A stretch of 64,000 nt of DNA from NCBI GenBank assembly GCA_043815505.1, contig JBDRIV010000002.1:502943-566942 (forward strand), in the 5' to 3' direction. The DNA is from a bacterium (lineage in GTDB: Bacteria > Patescibacteriota > JABMPQ01 > JBDRIV01). Shown in pieces: positions 1 to 10,357 of this stretch (positions within the stretch are counted from its first letter, which is position 1; each line of letters opens with the position of its first letter). The notes beneath the pieces were generated by a model. It was not told where the DNA came from. It was given only the letters and a program-made list of their open reading frames with translations, and ran no database searches. The translations under genes were made by a program, and so were the position numbers.

Positions 1-384
1 AAAAATATAATTTATACCGGGTATGTTACAGAAGCTGAAAAGAATGATTTATTTAGCAAGGCTGAAGTTTTCATATATCCCAGCTTCTATGAAGGTTTTG
101 GTTTTCCACCAATTGAAGCACTTCTACACAATAAAAAAGTTATAACCTCAAATACAACTTCATTTCCAGAAATAGTTGGCCAGTTTGTCACTATGGTTGA
201 TCCCAACAACAAAAATGATATCAAGCAAGCACTGGAAATAAATATCAATAAAAATCAGGAAATAAAGCCAGAAATTATAGTTGATCTTAAAGAAAAACTG
301 GATTGGCAAAAAACCGCCCAGAAAGTAGAAAATCTCTTTATCAAAATAAAAAATAGATTTGACCAAATTGCAAAATCAACGTAA
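1..384 (+). CDS. GT4 glycosyltransferase, C-terminal part (5' truncated by window edge)
   Basis: Frame 1 is open from base 1: ...GYVTEAEKNDLFSKAEVFIYPSFYEGFGFPPIEA..., the GT4 EGFG-x-P-x-x-E motif. Confidence 0.9.
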   Translation, partial: KNIIYTGYVTEAEKNDLFSKAEVFIYPSFYEGFGFPPIEALLHNKKVITSNTTSFPEIVGQFVTMVDPNNKNDIKQALEININKNQEIKPEIIVDLKEKLDWQKTAQKVENLFIKIKNRFDQIAKST

Positions 385-418
385 AATATAATTGATTTTG
401 TTTTTGATTTAGAAAAAA

Positions 419-1552
419 ATGAAAATTGGTATTGATGCCCGTTTTGCCGGACCAATGGCTAAGGGATTGGGTCGGTATACACAAAGGCTGATAGCAAATC
501 TTATTGAAATTGATAAAAATAATGAATATGTTTTGTTCCTTAACAAGGAGAATTTTAATTTGTTTGCAGAATCACAGAGGATAAAAAAAGTGCAGGCTAA
601 TTTTCGTTGGTATACTTTAACGGAGCAAATAAAACTTCCTCGATTATTGAAGAAAGAGAAATTAGATTTAGTTCATTTTCCTCATTTCAATGTTCCCATA
701 TTGTACAAGCAACCGTTTGTTGTTACTTTGCACGACTTAATAATAACGCATTTTCCTTCTCGCAGGGCAACTACCCTTGGTCCTTTCTTCTATTTTTTTA
801 AGCAATTAGCCTATCGCTATGTGACCAGAAGTGCTGTTAAGCGTGCCAAGAAAGTTATAACCGTATCAAATTATTCCAAGGCAGAAATTGTAAAACATTT
901 TAAAATTCCTGATACAAAAATAGCAGTTACCTATGAAGCAGCCGACAAGAAATGTTTGCAGGTTAATGAAGAGTTTATAAGTAAAACTTTAAACAAATTT
1001 GGTATTAAAAAAGATTATATTTTGTATGTTGGTAATGCTCATCCTCACAAAAATTTAGATAGATTAATAGAAGCTTTTAAGATAATTTGTAAGAAGCGTA
1101 ATGATTTAAAATTAGTTTTAGTAGGTAAGAAGGATTATTTTTATTCCCGTTTAGAAGAAGAAAGTATAAAAAACCACAGCGCTGATTTTATGAAAAATGT
1201 AAAATTTCCTGGCTTTGTTACTGACAGAGAATTAGCAGCTCTTTATCGTCAGGCCAGTTTATACGTATTTCCATCTTTATATGAAGGATTTGGTTTACCA
1301 CCCATTGAAGCCATGACGTGTGGTATACCGGTGATATCAGCCAATACTTCTTGTTTACCAGAAATTTTGGGAGAAGCGGCGGATTATTTTGATCCATATA
1401 AAACAGAAGAAATGGCACAGAAAATAATAGATTTAATTGACGACGAAGAAAAAAAATGTGATTTAATAAATAAGGGTTTTAGTTTGATTAAAAAATATTC
1501 CTGGCACAATTTAGCTGAGAAAACATTAGATATTTATGAAAAAGCAAAATAG
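419..1552 (+). CDS. GT4 glycosyltransferase (MtfB/WbaZ-like)
   Basis: MKIGIDAR start, VVTLHDL, YVGNAHPHKN, FPSLYEGFGLPPIEAM. Confidence 0.92.
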   Translation: MKIGIDARFAGPMAKGLGRYTQRLIANLIEIDKNNEYVLFLNKENFNLFAESQRIKKVQANFRWYTLTEQIKLPRLLKKEKLDLVHFPHFNVPILYKQPFVVTLHDLIITHFPSRRATTLGPFFYFFKQLAYRYVTRSAVKRAKKVITVSNYSKAEIVKHFKIPDTKIAVTYEAADKKCLQVNEEFISKTLNKFGIKKDYILYVGNAHPHKNLDRLIEAFKIICKKRNDLKLVLVGKKDYFYSRLEEESIKNHSADFMKNVKFPGFVTDRELAALYRQASLYVFPSLYEGFGLPPIEAMTCGIPVISANTSCLPEILGEAADYFDPYKTEEMAQKIIDLIDDEEKKCDLINKGFSLIKKYSWHNLAEKTLDIYEKAK

Positions 1553-3704
1553 AAAATTTGTTACCGATATTATAAAAGACCACAATAATAATAAAGTGGT
1601 TGATTTGAGGCAGTTGGTTGAAGAAATTCCCACAGCATCTCCTCAGGTTAAAATAGAGAAAAGTTTAGTACAGAATATTGCTGATGAAATTCCTCGGAGC
1701 AAATCTTTTGTTATTAAAAAACTTAGTTGGGCTGGGCTACTATTACTTGTTATGATGATTTTTCCAGGACTTATTAAATTTTCTGATTATGTAAACAATA
1801 ATTTACTTGCCAAACAGGGAGTAGTTTTGGGTGAAGCTTTAAATGCTTTTGATCATGCTAAATCAGCCGGTTCTTCTCTAGCTGACATTAATTTAGAGTC
1901 AGCAGTTTTTAAATTTAATTTGGCAGCGGAAGGATTTAAAGAAGCTAAAACAGACATAGATGAAACCAATGTTATTATTCGGGAAATAGTGAAAGTATTG
2001 CCAGGAGGATCAAAATTGGCTTCAGCTGAACACATGTTAGAAGCAGGAGCTAATCTCTCTCAAGCCGGTGAAAGTTTAGCTAAAGCCATGCAACCCTTAA
2101 ACTCAATTAACAACACAATTTCTGGTGCTATGGATACAGATAAAAAGAACCGCAGTTCCATAACCGAGAATTTATTGGTTAGCAAAGCGCACTTGGAAGT
2201 TGTAAAGGATAAAGTTGCTCTAGCGCTGGATCACATTGAAAAAGTTAATGTTAACGATTTACCGGAAAATCAACGTGAGCAATTTGATAAAATAAAAAGC
2301 ATGGTTCCGCAAATTAGAGAAACCGTGTCTTCAATTTCTACCTATTCAGATTCATTTTTGGAATTGCTTGGACATAATATGAAAAAACGTTATTTGCTTC
2401 TCTTTACCAATAATCGAGAAGTGAGAAAAGGAGGTGGTTTTATTGGTACTTATGGATTATTAGATATTCAAGATGGTAATATCACGAAATTATTTGTTGA
2501 GGGTCCTTATAACATTGATGGTCAATTAAAAGAAACCATTGCTTCTCCAACTCCTTTACATTTAATAAATCCAACATTTTATATGCGTGATGCTAATTTC
2601 TTTTTGGATTATCCCACTTCCGCTCAAAAAGTCGCAGAGCTTTATGAAAAATCTGGTGGTGTTACTGTAGACGGAGTTATTTCTATAAATGCTTCTTTAA
2701 TGCCGAAGCTTTTAAAAATTACTGGCCCTGTTGCCATGCCAGAATATGATACCACAATAAATTATGAAAACTTTTACGATCAAACTCAGGTGGAAGTTGA
2801 ATTTGAGTATGATAAAGAAGAAAATAAACCTAAACAGTTTATTGCTGATTTGATGCCAAAAATATTTGAGAAATTAAGTTTTTTAGAATCAAATCAAACA
2901 GTGGAATTGGTTAATTTGCTTTTCGGTTCTCTACAAAATAAAGAAATCATGTTGTATTTCTTTGATGATAATTTGCAACAATTAGCATCTGAAAATGGTT
3001 TTACTGGCGAGGTTCCAGAAACAGATAAAGATTACCTAGCTATTGCCGAAAGTAATATTGGCGGGGGAAAAACTAGCAATGTGATAAAAAGAGATGTCGA
3101 TTTAAAAACCAATATAAGTAGTGATGGAAAAATTACTAATGAGTTAAAGATAGTAAGTTCTCACACTGGTGATCCTGAAAATATTTGGTCAGGAATAAAA
3201 AACGTAACTTATTTAGAAATATTTGTACCACAGGGTGCTAAATTAATAAAAGCTGAAGGTTTTGATGACTGGATATTCTCGAGATTGAAACCTGAATTGG
3301 ATAACGCCATCGATGACTCTCTGGTAAAACAAATTGAGAATAGTAAAAGCATACATAAAGAATCATCAACCGTTATTGGTGTGGAATCAGAAAAAACAAC
3401 TTTTGGAAATTGGTTAGAAATTGCTCCCAGTGAAAAAAAGGAAATAACTTTAGTTTATGAATTACCGTTTAAAATTGATACCAAAAACAATAGTGTTGAT
3501 TCTTACTCAATTTATTATCAGAAACAAGCAGGCACAAATCCGTTACAAATAAAACATGTTATTGAATACCCCGATAATTATAAATCTTTATGGAATTATA
3601 ATACGTTAGACAATTTGGATAAAGAATTTAATTTGATAAGATTCTCAGGTCAACTTGACCGAGATATGATTACCGCTTTTGTTTTGGAAAATATAAATGA
3701 ATAA
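1536..3704 (+). CDS. DUF4012-domain membrane-anchored protein
   Basis: N-terminal TM, helical stalk, then RYLLLFTNNREVRKGGGFIGTYG, MRDANFFLDYPTSA, NIGGGKT and YQKQAG motifs typical of DUF4012 proteins. Confidence 0.8.
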   Translation: MKKQNRKFVTDIIKDHNNNKVVDLRQLVEEIPTASPQVKIEKSLVQNIADEIPRSKSFVIKKLSWAGLLLLVMMIFPGLIKFSDYVNNNLLAKQGVVLGEALNAFDHAKSAGSSLADINLESAVFKFNLAAEGFKEAKTDIDETNVIIREIVKVLPGGSKLASAEHMLEAGANLSQAGESLAKAMQPLNSINNTISGAMDTDKKNRSSITENLLVSKAHLEVVKDKVALALDHIEKVNVNDLPENQREQFDKIKSMVPQIRETVSSISTYSDSFLELLGHNMKKRYLLLFTNNREVRKGGGFIGTYGLLDIQDGNITKLFVEGPYNIDGQLKETIASPTPLHLINPTFYMRDANFFLDYPTSAQKVAELYEKSGGVTVDGVISINASLMPKLLKITGPVAMPEYDTTINYENFYDQTQVEVEFEYDKEENKPKQFIADLMPKIFEKLSFLESNQTVELVNLLFGSLQNKEIMLYFFDDNLQQLASENGFTGEVPETDKDYLAIAESNIGGGKTSNVIKRDVDLKTNISSDGKITNELKIVSSHTGDPENIWSGIKNVTYLEIFVPQGAKLIKAEGFDDWIFSRLKPELDNAIDDSLVKQIENSKSIHKESSTVIGVESEKTTFGNWLEIAPSEKKEITLVYELPFKIDTKNNSVDSYSIYYQKQAGTNPLQIKHVIEYPDNYKSLWNYNTLDNLDKEFNLIRFSGQLDRDMITAFVLENINE

Positions 3705-5253
3705 TATTAAAAACGTTAAATCGAAATCTATAATTTCGGCTGCATCACTGCTGTCGATTTTTGCGTTATTATCAAGAATAATTGGATTATTGCGCGATCG
3801 CTTACTGGCCAGTGAATTTGGTGCTTCAGAACAACTTGATATTTATATGGCTGCTTTTAGAATTCCTGATTTTCTATTTAATATAATTGTTCTCGGCGCC
3901 TTATCAGCTGCTTTTATACCTATCTTCACAAAATATATTACAAAAAATAAACTTGATAGAGCTTGGCGTTTCACAAATACAATTATTAATTTAACAATAA
4001 TAGTTTTGATTGTTATCTCAATTCCTATAATTGTTTTTGCTAAGCAATTTATGATTTTAATTGCTCCAGGACTTCCTCCTGAAGCACGAGAATTGGCAGC
4101 GGAATTAACTAGAATTATGCTTTTATCACCATTAATATTTAGTATTTCGAATATTGCAGGAAGTGTTTTACAATCTTTTAAAAAGTTTTTTCTTTATTCC
4201 TTAGCTCCACTTTTTTATAATTTAGGAATAATTTTTGGCATAATTGTACTTGTTCCCAAATATGGGGTTCACGGTTTAGCTTACGGTGTAATTTTGGGTG
4301 CAATTTTACATTTACTGGTACAACTACCGGCTGTTTTCATTTTAGGTTTTAGATATAAAATTAAATTTGATTTACAACAGAAATCAATTTCTTTACTTAC
4401 TAGGTTAATGGGACCAAGGACCCTTTCTTTATTAATAGTACAAATAAATTTATTAATAATTACTGCCATTGCTTCATTTTTACAAGAGGGGAGCATAACT
4501 ATTTTTAATTTTGCCAATAACTTACAAAGTGTACCTATTGGTGTAATTGGAATATCATTTGCTGTCGCTGCTTTTCCATTTTTATCAGAAGCGTCATCAA
4601 AAAATAATTACCAGAAATTCTTAAGCTACTTTTCCAAAGCTTTTCGTCAAATAATATTTTATATTGTTCCCATTTCTGTTCTGATGTTTGTTTTAAGAGC
4701 TCAGATTGTACGTTTAGTCTTAGGATCAGGTGAATTTGATTGGGAAGATACAGTTTTAACTTTGGAAACATTAGCATTTTTTGCTCTAAGCTTATTTGCT
4801 CAAGGTTTAATTCCGTTGCTTGTTAGATCTTTTCACACCTTAGAAGACACAAAAACTCCTTTGCAAATCGGCTTGGTCAGCATGGCAATCAACGCTGCCT
4901 TAGCTTACCCCTTAGCTTCAATTTTTGGTGTGGCTGGGTTAGCTTTAGCATTTTCTATTGCTAGTATTGTTCAAATGATTTCCTTGTATGTTTTATTAAA
5001 AGGAAGACTGGGTAATCTCAATGACAATATAATTATAAAAGGTTTTTTACATATAATAGTAAGTTCAATATTAGCTGGCTTAATTGTTTATCTGGCTCTT
5101 TATTTATTTGCTCCAATTCTTGATACCAGAACATTCGTTGGTTTGTTGTTGCAAACAATTGGAGCAGTAATTTTAGGAACTTTGTTGTATCTAGGATATC
5201 ATTATCTTTTAAAAACAAAGGAGTTTAAAGAAATTTTCAATGGAGGAAAATAA
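3697..5253 (+). CDS. murJ: Lipid II flippase MurJ (MviN)
   Basis: SRIIGLLRD, FGAS..DIYMAAFRIPD, GALSAAFIP, DTKTP motifs; many TM segments. Confidence 0.95.
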   Translation: MNNIKNVKSKSIISAASLLSIFALLSRIIGLLRDRLLASEFGASEQLDIYMAAFRIPDFLFNIIVLGALSAAFIPIFTKYITKNKLDRAWRFTNTIINLTIIVLIVISIPIIVFAKQFMILIAPGLPPEARELAAELTRIMLLSPLIFSISNIAGSVLQSFKKFFLYSLAPLFYNLGIIFGIIVLVPKYGVHGLAYGVILGAILHLLVQLPAVFILGFRYKIKFDLQQKSISLLTRLMGPRTLSLLIVQINLLIITAIASFLQEGSITIFNFANNLQSVPIGVIGISFAVAAFPFLSEASSKNNYQKFLSYFSKAFRQIIFYIVPISVLMFVLRAQIVRLVLGSGEFDWEDTVLTLETLAFFALSLFAQGLIPLLVRSFHTLEDTKTPLQIGLVSMAINAALAYPLASIFGVAGLALAFSIASIVQMISLYVLLKGRLGNLNDNIIIKGFLHIIVSSILAGLIVYLALYLFAPILDTRTFVGLLLQTIGAVILGTLLYLGYHYLLKTKEFKEIFNGGK

Positions 5254-7015
5254 AATTAGAAATTTTTGTATAATCGCTCATATCGATCATGGGAAATCAA
5301 CACTTGCTGATCGTTTTTTAGAAATCACCGGAACTGTCTTAAAACGCGACATGAAAGAACAATTGCTAGACCAAATGGACATTGAACGCGAGAGAGGAAT
5401 TACCATCAAACTTCAACCGGTGCAAATGAAATATTATGACTGTACTTTAAACCTGATTGATACTCCCGGACATGTTGATTTTACTTACGAAGTTTCTCGT
5501 TCTTTAGCTTGTGTAGAAGGAGCAATTTTAGTAGTGGATGCAGCCCAAGGTGTGGAAGCACAAACTTTATCAAATTTGTATTTAGCCATGGAACAGGATT
5601 TGAAAATAATTCCTGTTATTAACAAAATAGATTTACCCAATGCTGAAGTGGCAAAAGTTGAACAAGAATTAATTTCTTTATTAAATATAAAACCAGAGGA
5701 AATATTAAAAGCCTCTGCTAAAAATGGAAAGGGAGTAGAAGAAATATTGCAAAGTGTTATTAAAAATATACCTCCGCCACAAAAAGAAGATAAAAAGGAA
5801 TTGCAAGCACTAATTTTTGATTCCGAGTACGATTCTTATCAGGGAGTAATTGCCTATGTTCGTGTTATGCAAGGTGAATTAAACAAAAATGATATTGTAA
5901 AATTCGCAGCTAATAATAGCAAAAGTGAATGTTTAGAATTGGGCGTCTTTAAACCTAAGAAAGTTAAAAAGGAAAGTATCAAGGCTGGTGAAATCGGATA
6001 TATTGTGACCGGTTTACGTGATTTAAGTTTATGTCAAGTCGGAGACACAATAATTAATCCTGAAGCAAACACCAAAGCTTTACCGGGATATAAACCTTTA
6101 AGCCCCATGATTTTTGCCAGTATTTATCCGCAAGAAGCGTCCGAATATACAAATTTGAAAGATGCGTTAGAAAAACTGGTATTAAATGATTCTTCGCTTT
6201 CTTATGAAACAGAAAATTCCAAAGCTCTTGGTTATGGATATCGCTGTGGTTTTTTGGGATTATTACACATGGAAATTGTGCAAGAACGCTTAGAAAGAGA
6301 ATACAATTTAGAATTAATAATAACTGCTCCCTCTGTAACTTATAAATATATAGCCACAAGTGGTGAAGAAAAGGAAATTAAAGCTGCCTCCGAATTACCA
6401 AATCCAGATAGATTCAATTCTATTTTAGAGCCTTGGGTAAGGGTAGATTTATTCTTGCCGAAAAGCTTCATGGGGCCAGTTATGGAATTGGTCCAAAATT
6501 TCCGCGGTGAATATAAAAGTACAGAATTTTTGAATGAAGAAAGGGCAGTTCTGACTTATGAAATTCCTTTAGCCAGTATTGTGACCAAGTTTTATGATCA
6601 ATTAAAAAGTGTCAGTAAAGGATATGCTTCAATGAATTACGAAATAATTGGTTTCCGAGAAGGAGATTTGGTACGTTTGGATATTTTAGTAGCTGAAGAA
6701 GAGGTTTCTCCTCTTTCCTCAATAGTTCCAAAAAATGAAGTCGCAGATATTGCTCGCAATCTTTTAAAACGACTTAAAACCATAATACCTAAACAAAATT
6801 TTGTAGTAGCGTTGCAAGGATCCATTTGGGGTAGAATTATTGCTCGTGAGGACATTTCCGCCTTAAGAAAGGATGTTACAGCTAAATTGTACGGCGGTGA
6901 TGTTACGCGCAAAAGAAAACTTTTAGAAAAACAAAAAAAGGGTAAAAAACGTATGAAACACATAGGTCGGGTAGATATACCACAGGATGCCTTTTTATCC
7001 CTATTAAAAAAATAG
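5240..7015 (+). CDS. lepA: Elongation factor 4 (LepA)
   Basis: IRNFCIIAHIDHGKSTLADR, DTPGHVDF, GFLGLLHMEI, KLYGGDVTRKRKLLEKQK. Confidence 0.98.
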   Translation: MEENKIRNFCIIAHIDHGKSTLADRFLEITGTVLKRDMKEQLLDQMDIERERGITIKLQPVQMKYYDCTLNLIDTPGHVDFTYEVSRSLACVEGAILVVDAAQGVEAQTLSNLYLAMEQDLKIIPVINKIDLPNAEVAKVEQELISLLNIKPEEILKASAKNGKGVEEILQSVIKNIPPPQKEDKKELQALIFDSEYDSYQGVIAYVRVMQGELNKNDIVKFAANNSKSECLELGVFKPKKVKKESIKAGEIGYIVTGLRDLSLCQVGDTIINPEANTKALPGYKPLSPMIFASIYPQEASEYTNLKDALEKLVLNDSSLSYETENSKALGYGYRCGFLGLLHMEIVQERLEREYNLELIITAPSVTYKYIATSGEEKEIKAASELPNPDRFNSILEPWVRVDLFLPKSFMGPVMELVQNFRGEYKSTEFLNEERAVLTYEIPLASIVTKFYDQLKSVSKGYASMNYEIIGFREGDLVRLDILVAEEEVSPLSSIVPKNEVADIARNLLKRLKTIIPKQNFVVALQGSIWGRIIAREDISALRKDVTAKLYGGDVTRKRKLLEKQKKGKKRMKHIGRVDIPQDAFLSLLKK

Positions 7016-7154
7016 ACTATTATCCAAGTCTATATTCTGATACAATAAGATTACTTGAAAAGTGGTATCATTAGCCATAAAACCATGGATAATGCCACAA
7101 AAGCAACAATAATGATTGCTATAACCTTTCTAAATCCTTTAAATTTTGACATAA

Positions 7155-7745
7155 ATGTTTGATAATTATTTTACACAGGAATTAAAGCCCGAGGAAGAAG
7201 TTATTATTGTTATCCGAAAACACTGGGCAAGCATAATAATATCATTTATAAAAGTCTTTGTCATCTGGATAATTTTAGCTGTTTTGACTCCATTGGCATT
7301 TCAGCAAGTAATGGGAATATTTCTTTTCTTTTTTGTTCTTTCAATTTCTTTAGGCTATGTAACTTATCATTGGATTACGTGGTACTTTGATATATTTATT
7401 ATAACAAATCTTCGTATAATTGATGTTGATCAACACACAATATTTAGAAGAACAGTTTCAGAAGTAACGTTAGAAAACATACAGGACGTGACTTATGAGA
7501 TTACAGGTTTTGTTTCAGCTACTTTCAATTATGGTATTGTTAAAGTTCAAAGTGCTTCGGCTATTCCCAGTATTCAAATGGAATATGTGAAAGATCCTAA
7601 ACAAACACAAGAACTAATTTCTAAATTAGCTCATGATATAAGAGAAAAAAATCAGGTTGTAAACGCTGAAGAGCTAATTAGAATATTACAAAAACAACAA
7701 ACAAATAATAAAAATACAACTAATGCAGAAGAAAAACAATCTTAA
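7155..7745 (+). CDS. Membrane protein with bacterial PH (bPH_2-like) domain
   Basis: EEVIIVIRKHW, two TMs, FIITNLRIIDVDQ, IQDV, FNYGIVKVQSA. Confidence 0.75.
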   Translation: MFDNYFTQELKPEEEVIIVIRKHWASIIISFIKVFVIWIILAVLTPLAFQQVMGIFLFFFVLSISLGYVTYHWITWYFDIFIITNLRIIDVDQHTIFRRTVSEVTLENIQDVTYEITGFVSATFNYGIVKVQSASAIPSIQMEYVKDPKQTQELISKLAHDIREKNQVVNAEELIRILQKQQTNNKNTTNAEEKQS

Positions 7746-8133
7746 TTCGAAAAACCTTTGGTATCGAATTATTCGGTCACGATTTTTATTGCCTTTATTG
7801 CTTGTGGCTTTAATCTTTGTAGGTATATCTTTGGGTAAAGAAATTCTTAGAAAATATCGTATCGATAATGAAATTAAAAATTTGGAAGCAGATATTCAGG
7901 AATTGGAACACAGAAATCAAGAACTTTCCAATTTACTTGATTATCTGCAAACTGATTCTTACAAGGAAATTCAAGCGCGCGAGCAATTAGGCTTACAAAA
8001 AGAAGGAGAAACCGCTATCACAATACAATCAGATTTAGAAACCCCACCAGAAATTGCAAGCTTTGAGGTTGAAGTAAGAGAAGAGATTCCTAACCCCTTG
8101 CGTTGGTGGAACTATTTTTTTGATAATTCATGA
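7723..8133 (+). CDS. Septum formation initiator FtsB/DivIC family
   Basis: TM, coiled coil, then YKEIQAREQLGLQKEGE motif. Confidence 0.8.
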   Translation: MQKKNNLNSKNLWYRIIRSRFLLPLLLVALIFVGISLGKEILRKYRIDNEIKNLEADIQELEHRNQELSNLLDYLQTDSYKEIQAREQLGLQKEGETAITIQSDLETPPEIASFEVEVREEIPNPLRWWNYFFDNS

Positions 8134-9107
8134 GTGAAGATTACTTAAAACTTAATGAAGAAACAGAAACTGAGAATAAAAAGCCAAAAAAGAAATTAAA
8201 TTGGGCTTGGCTTTTAGTATTGGTTTTAGTTATATTTAGCGCTCAGTTTCTAATCGTAAAAACTGATGTGGCCGAAAGCTTTCCTGCTAGTGTGCAAAGA
8301 TTTGTTTTTTGGCCGGTGGCAGTTATAAACTATAATAATTTTATTTCCTACTCCTCCTTAGCTGAACATGATAAAGCAATGGAGGTTTTTGCTAATAAAT
8401 CCAGTGATGAAGAATTAGGATTAGGTGTTAATTTTTCCAGTCCAGAGGAAAGACACCACATTGCTCAAGAAAGACTAATTAGAGACACAGTAATTGCCGA
8501 AATTATTCAAAATTACAATTTAGAACCAAATACAAATGAAATAAATGAAGAGTGGGATAATTTAATACAAGAAACTGGAAAGGAAGAAGATTTATTGCAA
8601 TCAATTAATGAATATTTAGGTTGGAATAAAAAAGAATATTTGCAGTTTTCCATGCTTCCCGCTTTGCGAGAAATTAAATTGCATGAATATTATTTGAGCA
8701 CCGAGGATCTTGATGTCGAGGAAAAAAGCAAGCTCAATGCTGATATTGAAAACAAAATGGTGCAAATAAATGAAGAATTGAATTCCAAAAGTTTTGCCGA
8801 TGTAGCAAAAGAATTTTCTGAAGATCCTTATACAGCTACCGAGGGAGGAAATTTAGGTTTTGTAAAAAAAGGAGATTTAGGCGAGGACTTTGATAACATA
8901 ATATTTGATAATAGCATTGGTTTAATTGCAGAACCAATAAAAACTGATTACGGCACATATTTAGTAAAAATTGAAAATATTAAATATGAAGGAGATGAAA
9001 AAACAGTGGATATTAGTTATATTTATTTATCAGCGGCTGATAATTTTGATAATTGGCTCGATAGTAAAATTAACGAAGCCAGCATAATTAGATTCACACC
9101 TTATTAA
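8130..9107 (+). CDS. PrsA/SurA-like parvulin peptidyl-prolyl isomerase
   Basis: N-terminal TM; FADVAKEFSEDP..ATEGGNLGF, PIKTDYG rotamase motifs. Confidence 0.85.
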   Translation: MSEDYLKLNEETETENKKPKKKLNWAWLLVLVLVIFSAQFLIVKTDVAESFPASVQRFVFWPVAVINYNNFISYSSLAEHDKAMEVFANKSSDEELGLGVNFSSPEERHHIAQERLIRDTVIAEIIQNYNLEPNTNEINEEWDNLIQETGKEEDLLQSINEYLGWNKKEYLQFSMLPALREIKLHEYYLSTEDLDVEEKSKLNADIENKMVQINEELNSKSFADVAKEFSEDPYTATEGGNLGFVKKGDLGEDFDNIIFDNSIGLIAEPIKTDYGTYLVKIENIKYEGDEKTVDISYIYLSAADNFDNWLDSKINEASIIRFTPY

Positions 9108-9109
9108 TA

Positions 9110-9182
9110 AGCCCACTGTCGGATTTGAACCGACGACCTGACGCTTACGAAGCGCCTGCTCTACCAACTGAGCTAAGTGGGC
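9110..9182 (-). tRNA. tRNA-Thr(CGT), CCA not encoded
   Basis: Reverse complement folds as GCCCACT-TA-GCTC AGTTGGTA GAGC-A-GGCGC TT CGT AA GCGTC-AGGTC-GTCGG TTCAAAT CCGAC-AGTGGGC-T. Confidence 0.95.
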
Positions 9183-9243
9183 AAACTGATATTATTGTAT
9201 CGGAATAATAGAATTTAGCAAAGTAGGCAAAGAAATAAAATAA

Positions 9244-9252
9244 TGGTAAAAT
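9244..9252 (+). promoter_or_regulatory. Extended -10 (TGgTAAAAT) giving a probably leaderless prfB mRNA
   Basis: TAAAAT at 9247-9252; ATG 6 nt later at 9259. Confidence 0.55.
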
Positions 9253-9258
9253 TCGTAT

Positions 9259-10357
9259 ATGCAAGATTTAAAGATAAGAATTACCCAATTAAAAAAACGG
9301 ATACTCGCTTTGCGAGAAAGTCTTTGATTTGGATTCTATACGTATTAAAATAGAAGAGTTACAAATTAAGACTTCAGCCCCGGATTTTTGGCAAGATGCT
9401 GGCATTGCTAAAACTATAATGCAAGAATTGGATACTAAAAAGGATTTAGTTAACACCTGGGATATAATAGAACAAAATATTTCAGAGTTGGAGGACTTTT
9501 TAAAACTTGAGGATGCTGATTTAGAAGAAGAAATTGCCAGCAAATTAACTGCTACTGAAGAAAAACTAAAGGTTATTGAATTAGAATTAAGACTGAGCGG
9601 ACCTTATGATAAAGGTAGCGCTTTGTTATTTATTCACTCTGGAACTGGTGGCATTGATGCTCAGGATTTTGCCGAAATGCTAATGAGAATGTATTTACGT
9701 TTTGCCGAAAACAAAAACTGGAAAGCAGTTGAACTAGAAAAATCAAAAGGGGATGAGGCGGGAATAAAAAGTGTCAGTTTAGAAATTATTGGAAATCTAG
9801 CTTACGGATATTTGAAAGGTGAGAATGGAATTCACAGACTGGTTAGAATGTCGCCCTTTGATGCTAATAAACAACGTCACACATCATTTGCTTTGGTTGA
9901 AGTTATTCCGGTAATAGAGAATGCTAAAGAATTAGAATTAAAGAACGACGATTTAAGAATAGATTCATTTAAAGCTTCTGGACATGGTGGTCAAGGAGTA
10001 AACACAACCGATTCAGCTGTTCGCATCACACATTTACCATCAGGAATAGTTGTAAGTTGCCAGAACGAAAGATCACAGATGCAAAATAAAGAAAAAGCTC
10101 TGCAAATACTAAAATCCAAGTTGTTAATTAAAAATGAAGAGAAAGAAGCTAAGCAGAAAGCAGAGCTTCGAGGGGAACATCAAGAGGCAACTTGGGGAAA
10201 TCAAATCAGATCTTATGTTATGCAACCATATCAAATGATAAAGGATCATCGAACAAAATACGAAACTGTGGAAATTGATAAGGTTTTAAATGGTGATATT
10301 ATGCCCTTTTTAGAAGAATATTTAAACTGGAGTTTAAAAAATGATAAAAATAAATAA
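9259..10357 (+). CDS. prfB: Peptide chain release factor 2, with +1 programmed frameshift at CTT-TGA (9322-9327)
   Basis: ATG 9259 reads MQDLKIRITQLKKRILALRESL then TGA; the +1 frame continues DLDSIR... with SPF and GGQ motifs. Confidence 0.95.

Noticed and set aside
9322-9328. prfB pseudogene, or TGA recoding (code 25)
   Set aside because: CTT-TGA is the known programmed frameshift; other genes end in TGA and RF2 itself is intact
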